Part shown: positions 1-6,872 of the stretch, piece after piece
How the letters are laid out: every line of letters begins with the position of its first letter
How positions within the stretch are numbered: the stretch's first letter is position 1
Position numbers and translations under genes: made by a program
Assembly (NCBI GenBank): GCA_046757165.1
Contig: JBHHXT010000124.1
Coordinates: 1 to 13,546, forward strand
Length of the DNA: 13,546 nt
Direction of reading: 5' to 3'
Source of the DNA: a bacterium
GTDB lineage: Bacteria > Zhuqueibacterota > Zhuqueibacteria > Oceanimicrobiales > Oceanimicrobiaceae
The notes under the pieces: generated by a model
Databases searched by the model: none
What the model was told of the DNA's origin: nothing
The model's input: only the letters and a program-made list of their open reading frames with translations

Positions 1-6
1 TGACCC

Positions 7-36
7 AAAAGAAATTATCGACAAAACTTTGTCGAT
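7..36 (-). terminator. Probable intrinsic terminator of the feo operon
   Basis: Perfect inverted repeat ATCGACAAA-AC-TTTGTCGAT (17-36). On the minus strand it is followed by AATTTCTTTT and lies about 30 nt past the stop of the last feo-operon ORF. The stem is AT-rich, so it could instead be a protein-binding palindrome. Confidence 0.5.
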
Positions 37-63
37 GTCTGGCGCCAAGCGCCTAATGATGGC

Positions 64-231
64 TCAACCAGGTTTCCTGGTGCTGCGCGAAGAAGATATC
101 TGGTTCAATTCACATTTCGAACACGACCCCGAGGCCGTGTCCCCGCGAGTAAATTGTTGAACAATCTTCCGCGCCGCAAAGAGTGCAGCACCAGCGACCA
201 GGGCAAATGTGATGATTTCCTGAAGGTCCAT
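64..231 (-). CDS. Small FeoB-associated Cys-containing membrane protein (55 aa; not in the ORF track)
   Basis: Manual translation from ATG 231, 4 nt after the feoB stop, to TGA at 64-66: MDLQEIITFALVAGAALFAARKIVQQFTRGDTASGSCSKCELNQISSSRSTRKPG. An N-terminal hydrophobic helix, then basic residues, then G-S-C-x-x-C match the layout of FeoB-associated Cys-rich membrane proteins. Confidence 0.8.
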   Translation of the reverse strand: MDLQEIITFALVAGAALFAARKIVQQFTRGDTASGSCSKCELNQISSSRSTRKPG

Positions 232-235
232 TTTT

Positions 236-2407
236 CTAACTCAGCCCGATAAAGGTCCCGAATTGATAGACCAGCCACGACGCGACATAAGCCATCAGCG
301 TCATATAGACCACCATGGTGACAGGCCAGCGCCAGCTATTTGTTTCCCGCTTAGCGATAGCCACGGTTGACATGCACTGACAGGCGAGGACAAAGAAGAC
401 CATAAGCGACAGCGCGACCAGCGGCGTGTAGACAGGCTTGCCGGTTTCCGGGTCGAGCTCGCTCTTGAGTTTTTGTCGCAGCGTGACCGAGGTTTCGTCC
501 GCCCCCTCGACATTGTAGATCGTCGCCAACGTGCTGACGAGCACCTCCCGCGCTGCAAAAGAGGTGATCAACCCGATTCCCATTTTCCAGTCAAAGCCGA
601 GCGGTTTGATCACGGGTTCAATGGCGCGTCCGAGCTGCCCCGCATAGCTTTGCCGGATGGCCTGGCCGGCGTCGACGGTCTCCGGATTATCGGGTTTGGG
701 GTAGGAGGCAAGAAACCACAGCACGATAGACATGGCAAGGATAATCTTGCCCGCATCCGTCACAAAGATCTTGGCACGTTCCCACATCTGCAGCAGGGTC
801 CAGCGCAGGGACGGCATGCGGTAGGGCGGAAGCTCCATGATAAAGGTGGAAGGCTTTTGTGTTCTCCCAACAAACCGCTTGATTACCTGCGCCGCCGCGA
901 GCGCTGCCAGAATCCCCAGCAGGTACATGGCGAGTAAAGTCAGTCCCTTGAGCGAGAAGACCCCGAACACGGTGACCGCGGGAATGAACGCGCCAATCAT
1001 CAAGGCGTAGACGGGCAAACGCGCGCTGCAGCTCATCAGCGGGGCAATCATGATCGTCACAATCCGGTCACGGGTGTTGTCGATGGTGCGGGTCGCCATA
1101 ATGCCGGGGATGGCGCAGGCAAATGACGACAACAGGGGAATCACCGAGCGTCCACTCAATCCGGCGCTGCGCATAAAGCGGTCCATGATGAACGCCACCC
1201 GTGCCATGTAGCCGGTCGCCTCCAGCAGCGACAGAAAGAAAAACAAGAACAGAATCTGAGGCAAGAAGACCAGAATGGCGCCAACGCCGGCAATCACGCC
1301 GTCGACGATGAGGTCTTCCAGTACCCCGTTTGGCATGAGCGCCGCGACTTGTTGCCCGGTCCACAGCACCAGGTTTTCGATGGCCTCCATGGGGACCTCG
1401 GCCCACGAGAAGATGGTCTGAAAAATGAAGGCAAAGATCAAGACGAAAACCAGGGGGCCGGCGACACGGTGGGTGAGCACTCTGTCAACCTTTTCGCTCA
1501 GGCTGACTTCAGTTTTTTTCGTTTCAAGGACGACCGCGCTGCAAATGCGATCGATCCACGCATAGCGCAGGCGGGGTTCAAGCGCGTGCCAGGGTGTCTT
1601 TTGCGCCGCCAGAGACTCGCGCGCCTGAGCGACCAGGGCGCGCAGCTCCGACTGATTGGGGAGCGGGCGGCCGTTGTTTCCATGGTACCAGCTCTCCAGC
1701 GCTTTGTTGCTGGAGAGGATGCGCGCAGCTTCATGCCAGCTTGCCGGCTCGCTCAGCTTTGCGTTTTGAACCAGCCACGCGCTGACCGGTGCCAGCGCTG
1801 ACTTTAGCCTGCCATCCAGCTCGATCCCCTTGCGTGTGCCCCGCCCATTTTTACCTGCGCTGATTTCGATGATTTTCTTGCGCAGCTCCGGGATGCCTGT
1901 CCCTTTGTTGGCCACCACCGGCACCACTGGAATGCCGAGCTCCTGTGACAGCCGCCGGACGTCTATCTTCAGGCCATTCGCCTCCGCGGTATCGAACATG
2001 TTCAGCGCCAGAAGGACGGGAACGTCGAGCTCAACGGCCTGGGTGACAAGATAGAGATTTCTGCTCAGGTTGCTCGCATCCGCAACCACAACGATGAGTC
2101 TCAAATTGCCGGCGCTCCTTGCCCGCCCGATGACAACATCGGCCGCAATTTGTTCGTCGATGGAGCTCGGCACCAGGCTGTACATGCCGGGGAGATCATG
2201 AACGTGAAGCTGAAGGCCGCCGGGTGCGTTCATGAAGCCGGTCTTCTTTTCAACCGTCACACCAGGATAGTTGCCGACCTTCTGGCGCAGCCCGGTGAGC
2301 GCGTTGAAGACGGTGGTTTTGCCGGCGTTGGGGTTGCCAATCAAGGCAACATCGATGGGCTGCGAGACTGATAGCTGGGGGGTCTCCGTTCGGAGGGGCT
2401 CAGACAT
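236..2407 (-). CDS. feoB: Ferrous iron transport protein B (GTPase domain plus membrane domain)
   Basis: G1 GNPNAGKT, G2 NYPGVT, G3 DLPG and G4 NMFD motifs. The membrane domain carries GYMARVAFIMD, FACAIP, MSCSARLP and AAREV. Start placed at ATG 2407 (MSEPLRT), 4 nt after the feoA stop; the longer ORF to 2515 overlaps feoA. Confidence 0.97.
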   Translation of the reverse strand: MSEPLRTETPQLSVSQPIDVALIGNPNAGKTTVFNALTGLRQKVGNYPGVTVEKKTGFMNAPGGLQLHVHDLPGMYSLVPSSIDEQIAADVVIGRARSAGNLRLIVVVADASNLSRNLYLVTQAVELDVPVLLALNMFDTAEANGLKIDVRRLSQELGIPVVPVVANKGTGIPELRKKIIEISAGKNGRGTRKGIELDGRLKSALAPVSAWLVQNAKLSEPASWHEAARILSSNKALESWYHGNNGRPLPNQSELRALVAQARESLAAQKTPWHALEPRLRYAWIDRICSAVVLETKKTEVSLSEKVDRVLTHRVAGPLVFVLIFAFIFQTIFSWAEVPMEAIENLVLWTGQQVAALMPNGVLEDLIVDGVIAGVGAILVFLPQILFLFFFLSLLEATGYMARVAFIMDRFMRSAGLSGRSVIPLLSSFACAIPGIMATRTIDNTRDRIVTIMIAPLMSCSARLPVYALMIGAFIPAVTVFGVFSLKGLTLLAMYLLGILAALAAAQVIKRFVGRTQKPSTFIMELPPYRMPSLRWTLLQMWERAKIFVTDAGKIILAMSIVLWFLASYPKPDNPETVDAGQAIRQSYAGQLGRAIEPVIKPLGFDWKMGIGLITSFAAREVLVSTLATIYNVEGADETSVTLRQKLKSELDPETGKPVYTPLVALSLMVFFVLACQCMSTVAIAKRETNSWRWPVTMVVYMTLMAYVASWLVYQFGTFIGLS

Positions 2408-2411
2408 GCGC

Positions 2412-2645
2412 TCAGTTCTGCATGGTTTGCACGACAATCTCCTTCGCCTCCGAGCGCCGGATCGAGAGGTGGTAACCCCGAACTTTGAGCTCGAGGGGAT
2501 CGCCAAAGGGAGCAAACTTGATGAGTTTGACCGGCGTACCAGCAGTCAAGCCCATTTCCAGGAGATGAGTATCTTCTTCGCCATTGACACCCTGAATGAC
2601 GGCGGTTTCTCCGGGGAGTAGTTCTTCCAATGATTTTGCGCTCAT
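2412..2645 (-). CDS. feoA: Ferrous iron transport protein A (SH3-like)
   Basis: 77 aa with LLEMGLTAG, APFGDP and LSIRRSEA, typical of FeoA. Immediately upstream of feoB. Confidence 0.95.
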   Translation of the reverse strand: MSAKSLEELLPGETAVIQGVNGEEDTHLLEMGLTAGTPVKLIKFAPFGDPLELKVRGYHLSIRRSEAKEIVVQTMQN

Positions 2646-2728
2646 TTTTTTGCTATCCTATTTCAATATATTGTGCACTGACAAATGCTCTGAGCTCGCT
2701 GGCTGCTTTCGAGTGTTGCAAAGCCTGA

Positions 2729-2917
2729 TCAATCGTGATGCTCTGCTGGACTCAGGTTCTCTGCGCCCGGTAATTTTCCGATCAATTGCGCCGGGTCATG
2801 AATTAAAACGGGCAGATGCTGTGGACAAATCCAGAGATCTTTTCCGTCGTATTTCAAAGACACCAGGGGAACTTGTTGCTCAGTGCGATGGCAAAAAAGG
2901 CATTCAGGTGTGGTCAT
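2729..2917 (-). CDS. Small hypothetical metal-binding protein, C-x2-C-x21-C-x2-H (resembles the ClpX zinc-binding domain)
   Basis: CLFC and ICPQH motifs. A GGAGG Shine-Dalgarno (2923-2927) lies 5 nt before ATG 2917 (alternative ATG 2920). Co-oriented between the regulator and feoA. Confidence 0.8.
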   Translation of the reverse strand: MTTPECLFCHRTEQQVPLVSLKYDGKDLWICPQHLPVLIHDPAQLIGKLPGAENLSPAEHHD

Positions 2918-2943
2918 CATTTCCTCCCAGGTTTTCTACACAG

Positions 2944-3459
2944 TTATTCCAAAGGCTTGAGGCACTCCGTCTCACAAACCTCGCAGTCATCAGGCATACC
3001 ACAACAGGTGCTTTCATAATCCCGATACGCATCCAGGAAGTCCCGGACGGGCTGCTCTTCCGAGGCCAGGAATTGCATGAAGCTCAACAGCTTCTCGCCC
3101 GTCTCATGGCTCAGCAAGTGCTCGATCTTGCACGCATCGATTTCCGCCTGCTCGGAATCGACCTGCAGGATGTCGACCAGGAACTTCTTGAACAGGACCC
3201 GCGTCGACCGGATCGCGTGGCTGATGCGCTGCCCCTCTTCAGACAGACGCAAAAACTTGTTTTCGTCCTCTCTAACCAGGCCCTTTTCTTTGAGCGCTTT
3301 CAACGTTATGGAGGCACTGCCCCGCGTGATTTCCAGACTGCGGGCGACATCTGAAACGCGGGCATAGCCGTTTCTTTCCAGCAAATAGTAGATCGTCATC
3401 AAGTGATGTGCCGCGCTGTGACTGATGATGTTTTTTTCAAACGCTTTCCAAACTTCCAT
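2944..3459 (-). CDS. DtxR/MntR-family metal-dependent transcriptional regulator with a Cys-rich C-terminal tail (171 aa)
   Basis: Winged HTH region (HLMTIY...ARVSDVARSLEITRGSASITLKALKEKGLV) and dimerisation/metal helix ACKIEH. Start placed at ATG 3459 (MEVWK), downstream of the promoter; the upstream part of the ORF runs through the promoter. Confidence 0.92.
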   Translation of the reverse strand: MEVWKAFEKNIISHSAAHHLMTIYYLLERNGYARVSDVARSLEITRGSASITLKALKEKGLVREDENKFLRLSEEGQRISHAIRSTRVLFKKFLVDILQVDSEQAEIDACKIEHLLSHETGEKLLSFMQFLASEEQPVRDFLDAYRDYESTCCGMPDDCEVCETECLKPLE

Positions 3460-3520
3460 TTTGAGCCGCCTGTGAGATGTGATTTTATTCGCCAACCTTG
3501 ACGTTCGTTGGTCGGCTAAA

Positions 3521-3538
3521 TGTTTGGTAACTAAAACA
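3521..3538. promoter_or_regulatory. Candidate operator for the DtxR-family regulator
   Basis: TGTTTGGTAACTAAAACA is an imperfect palindrome (outer TGTTT/AAACA, inner TTTGG-TAA-CTAAA). It sits right after the predicted transcription start (about 3540) and resembles the TTTAG...CTAAA cores of DtxR-family operators. Confidence 0.45.
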
Positions 3539-3546
3539 AGTGGTTG

Positions 3547-3575
3547 AATATAACTGGAAAAGAGTTGTTTGTCAA
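3547..3575 (-). promoter_or_regulatory. Sigma70-type promoter of the regulator-feo operon
   Basis: Minus strand TTGACA (3575-3570), 17-nt spacer, TATATT (3552-3547), with AT-rich tracts upstream. About 90 nt before ATG 3459. Confidence 0.8.
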
Positions 3576-3653
3576 GCAAAAAATTGCAGAGGTACACAAA
3601 AAAGCGTGCAAGGGGATATCGTGCATGTTTTTTTTCATTTCTACTAACGGGAT

Positions 3654-3668
3654 TTTTCATTATGAAAA
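3654..3668. promoter_or_regulatory. Perfect 7-1-7 palindrome, candidate transcription-factor site
   Basis: TTTTCAT-T-ATGAAAA in the middle of the divergent intergenic region. Confidence 0.4.
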
Positions 3669-3830
3669 GTGATCTCCCTGACCGTTTTTCCTGCTGGCTC
3701 TGAACTGGTCTTCTGGCTTGTACGAAAACAACGATAACTTAAATAAAAACAGACCAATGATCAAATGTCGGCTCGACGGGGTCTCCCGGGATGATTCGTT
3801 CAGGAAGTGGCATCATTTTTGATAGATGGG

Positions 3831-3875
3831 AATTGTTCACAATCGTTCACAATCGTTCACAATCGTTCTGAATCG
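3831..3875 (+). repeat. 10-bp tandem direct repeat (about 4.5 units) upstream of hemA
   Basis: AATTGTTCAC AATCGTTCAC AATCGTTCAC AATCGTTCTG AATCG, ending 7 nt before the hemA ATG at 3883. Confidence 0.9.
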
Positions 3876-3882
3876 GATTCGA

Positions 3883-5181
3883 ATGCAGATCATTTTGGTG
3901 GGTCTTGGTCATGAATCAGCACCGGTTGAGCTGAGGGAGAGATTGAGTTTTCAAGCGGAGAAGCTTGAGAGAGCGCTCATCCGGTTAGGCGCATCAACCG
4001 AAATTGCTGAGTCGGTCATCATTTCCACGTGCAACCGTGTTGAGTTTTATGGCGTCGCCCGTGATGTCGAGGAAGGGCTGACGTACATGAAACATTTCCT
4101 TGCGAATTTCCACGACGTTCCCTGTGCTGAATTTGAGGCCCATCTGTTCACCGCAGCAGGGGTTGAAGTGGTCGAGCATCTTTTTGCGGTGGCCAGCAGC
4201 ATCAAGTCTATGGTGCTCGGGGAAACACAAATTCAGGGCCAGATCAAGCATGCCTTTGAAGTTGCACAAGCGAATGGGTGCACGGGGCCTTTTCTTTCGA
4301 CGCTTTTTCAGAACACGCTGTCGGTTGGAAAACGCGTGCGCCGCGAGACAGCCATCAGTGAGCATTCGCTCTCTATCAGCCACGCGGCGGTCGCCCTTTT
4401 GAAGCAGCAGTTTCCAGAGGTTGCAAAACAGCGCGTTCTGGTGGTCGGCAACGGCAAGATGGGATTGCTTGCGATCAAAGGCTTGCTCAAGCTTGGCGTG
4501 ACAGATTTGACGGTCATCAACCGAACGGAGGAAAATGTCAGAGAGCTTGCGCGGAAATTGCAGGTTCGCGCACTCGGCTTTGACCATCTGCAGGCCTGTT
4601 TGGGAAGGGCGGATGTCGTGATCAGCTCCACAGGCGCCCCGCACGTGATCATAAACAAAGAGATGGTTGAAAACGCGACCGCTGCCAGAACCAACCGGCC
4701 ACTGCTGATGATCGACATCGCCGTGCCCCGGGATATCGAGCAGGAGGTGGGTCAGGTTGACAACGTGACACTCTATAACATCGACCAGCTACAAGAGACC
4801 ATTGCCAGCAATCGCGAAAGACGCACAAAAGAACTGGCAAAGGTTCATCATATCCTCGAAGATGAGGTCAGAAAATTCGTCGCGTGGCTGCAAACGCTCG
4901 AGGTCAAGCCCGTGATCACGCGTTTGCGGCAACGTGCCGAAGTGATAGGCGAACAGGAACTGCAGCGTGCCGTGAGGCGGTTTCAGGCTGAACTTTCTGA
5001 GAATGATTCCAGGGTGTTGCGCGAGCTCACCACCCGCATCATCAATAAGATGCTGCATGAACCGATCAGTCGGCTGCGAGCAGAGGCCGCGGACGGCAAC
5101 GGCCAAAACTACACCTCAGCCCTCAATCATCTGTTTGGATTGGAAGAGCAGCAGGCGGTGACTGACGGTGACTGCAACTAA
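3883..5181 (+). CDS. hemA: Glutamyl-tRNA reductase
   Basis: GHESAPVELRE, catalytic STCNRVE, SMVLGETQIQGQ, NADPH motif GNGKMG and DIAVPRDI. Start placed at ATG 3883 (MQIILVG), where homology begins; an in-frame ATG also exists at 3826. Confidence 0.97.
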   Translation: MQIILVGLGHESAPVELRERLSFQAEKLERALIRLGASTEIAESVIISTCNRVEFYGVARDVEEGLTYMKHFLANFHDVPCAEFEAHLFTAAGVEVVEHLFAVASSIKSMVLGETQIQGQIKHAFEVAQANGCTGPFLSTLFQNTLSVGKRVRRETAISEHSLSISHAAVALLKQQFPEVAKQRVLVVGNGKMGLLAIKGLLKLGVTDLTVINRTEENVRELARKLQVRALGFDHLQACLGRADVVISSTGAPHVIINKEMVENATAARTNRPLLMIDIAVPRDIEQEVGQVDNVTLYNIDQLQETIASNRERRTKELAKVHHILEDEVRKFVAWLQTLEVKPVITRLRQRAEVIGEQELQRAVRRFQAELSENDSRVLRELTTRIINKMLHEPISRLRAEAADGNGQNYTSALNHLFGLEEQQAVTDGDCN

Positions 5182-6079
5182 CCAGCCAGCCAGCCTTCGA
5201 ATTGGCACCCGTCGCAGCGCCCTGGCAAAGGCACAGACCCGTTGGGTGGTCGGAGAGCTCACCAGAATCCATCCCCAGATCAGGATTGAAATTGTTGAAG
5301 TTGTCACCACAGGTGACAAAATTCTCGACTCGCCATTGAGTCGCATTCCGGGCAAAGGGGTGTTCGTCAAGGAAATCGAAGAGAAATTGCTGGCGCGCGA
5401 AATCGATTTGGCCGTGCACAGCATGAAAGACCTGCCGACCGAGTTTCCGGATGGCCTCAAAATCGCCGCCACGCCGGCAAGAGTCGATCCTCGAGATGTG
5501 TTCATCTCGAAGCTGGGAAAAGACCTCACCGACATGCCAGAGGGTGCGAGAATCGGCACCAGCAGTTTGCGCCGAAAAGCACAACTGCTGAGATTGCGTC
5601 CGGACTTGCAGGTGGTTGATATCCGGGGCAACATCGACACCCGATTGAAGAAGGTGGAGACCGAGGCTTACGATGGGACGATTCTGGCTGCTGCCGGACT
5701 CATCCGCATGGGGTGGCAGGACCGCATTCAGGAGTTTCTGAGCTGCGAGGTTATGATCCCAGCGGTGGGTCAGGGGGCGCTGGGCATCGAAGCGCGCGCA
5801 GAGGACGTCCAAACCTTGCATCTGGTCGCGCCGCTCGATGATGAGGTCACCGCAAAATGTGTCGCGGCCGAGCGGGTGTTCTTGCAAGGCATGGGCGGAG
5901 GGTGTCAAACCCCGATGGCCGCTTTTTGCCGGCAACGAGACGGAAAGATTGTTTTCCAGGCTTTTCATGCTCTGGAAGATGGCAGCCATTTTCAGACGGA
6001 AAGGAGAGAAGGGACGCTTGCAGATGCGACTCAAATCGCAGAAGCCATTGTACACAAATTCCGCCAGCAGTGCGACTAA
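5168..6079 (+). CDS. hemC: Hydroxymethylbilane synthase (porphobilinogen deaminase)
   Basis: IGTRRSALA, GKGVFVKEIE, AVHSMKDLP, GTSSLRR, IRGNIDTRL and the cofactor Cys in GGGCQTP. GTG start overlaps the end of hemA by 14 nt. Confidence 0.97.
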   Translation: MTATNQPASLRIGTRRSALAKAQTRWVVGELTRIHPQIRIEIVEVVTTGDKILDSPLSRIPGKGVFVKEIEEKLLAREIDLAVHSMKDLPTEFPDGLKIAATPARVDPRDVFISKLGKDLTDMPEGARIGTSSLRRKAQLLRLRPDLQVVDIRGNIDTRLKKVETEAYDGTILAAAGLIRMGWQDRIQEFLSCEVMIPAVGQGALGIEARAEDVQTLHLVAPLDDEVTAKCVAAERVFLQGMGGGCQTPMAAFCRQRDGKIVFQAFHALEDGSHFQTERREGTLADATQIAEAIVHKFRQQCD

Positions 6080-6872
6080 CTCGGCTACCGCGCTTCCTCT
6101 GACCGGAAAACGAGTCGTGGTCACCCGGGCCTCGACACAGGCGGCTGAATTGATCACCAGCCTCGAATCGGCGGGTGCACACGTGCTCCACATTCCGACG
6201 ATCAAACTGGTGGAGCCAGATTCCTGGGCCGGTTGCGACCACGCCATAGACGAAATCGATTCATACGATTGGCTCATTTTCACCTCCACAAATGGTGCGA
6301 CATTCTTTTTGAAGCGACTGCAGGAACGAGGAGGCGATTTCGCACGACTTGCTGGTTGTAAAATAGCTGCCGTTGGTGAAAAAACGGCCAGCCATCTACG
6401 CGACCAGGGCTTGCGTGTCGCTCTGGTTCCGGAAAAATTTCATGCTGAAGCGTTGATCCGGTCTATCTCCAATTTCGACTTGCAAGGCAAGAGGGTCCTT
6501 ATTCTCCGGCCACAAGAAACACAGACGTTGCTGGCCGAGAGCATCTCTGAGATGGGGGCGTTGGTCGATGCCGTTTCAGTTTACAAAAACGCTTCGGCCG
6601 AATGGGAGGCCGACGAACCTCCGGACCTGTGGCATGCCGGGCACGTGGACGTCCTGACGTTTACCAGCCCATCCACCGTGCGCAATTTCGTCGCTATGGT
6701 GGGACAGGAGCAGGTGGCGAGCCTGGTGGGCGGTGACTGCAAGGTCGCGGCAATTGGAGAGGTGACCGCAAACGCCATCACGGAATTGGGGCTGCCGGTC
6801 GATATCGTGCCGAAGAAAACCACCGTTCCTGACCTGGTTGACGCAATTGTGAGGTATTTTCAAGATGACTGA
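6048..6872 (+). CDS. hemD: Uroporphyrinogen-III synthase (start codon uncertain)
   Basis: LTGKRVVVTRA, WLIFTSTNG, AAVGEKTA, TFTSPSTV and AAIGEVTA. In-frame candidate starts are ATG 6024, TTG 6048 and CTG 6099. Confidence 0.92.
   Translation: MYTNSASSATNSATALPLTGKRVVVTRASTQAAELITSLESAGAHVLHIPTIKLVEPDSWAGCDHAIDEIDSYDWLIFTSTNGATFFLKRLQERGGDFARLAGCKIAAVGEKTASHLRDQGLRVALVPEKFHAEALIRSISNFDLQGKRVLILRPQETQTLLAESISEMGALVDAVSVYKNASAEWEADEPPDLWHAGHVDVLTFTSPSTVRNFVAMVGQEQVASLVGGDCKVAAIGEVTANAITELGLPVDIVPKKTTVPDLVDAIVRYFQDD

Noticed and set aside
2408..2515. N-terminal extension of feoB in the ORF track (759 aa)
   Set aside because: Overlaps feoA in another frame and shows no FeoB features; ATG 2407 just after the feoA stop is more plausible.
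2664..2673. Palindrome CAATATATTG upstream of feoA as an internal operator or promoter
   Set aside because: Only 10 bp and AT-rich, with no properly spaced -35/-10 pair nearby.
2596..3354. 252-aa plus-strand ORF
   Set aside because: Antisense shadow of the regulator and small genes; no recognisable motifs.
3460..3660. 67-aa N-terminal extension of the regulator
   Set aside because: Runs through the operon's own promoter; DtxR homology starts after ATG 3459.
3718..3746. Plus-strand promoter for hemA (TTGTAC then an AT-rich stretch)
   Set aside because: No -10 hexamer of the TAnnnT type at 16-18 nt spacing, so the hem promoter cannot be located confidently.
3826..3842. Complete Rex operator (ATGGGAA-TTG-TTCACAA)
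   Set aside because: The left half matches only 5 of 7 and the spacer is 3 nt rather than 4; kept only as a hypothesis within the repeat finding.
3831..3875. CRISPR array
   Set aside because: Units are 10 bp and contiguous, with no spacers and no cas genes.
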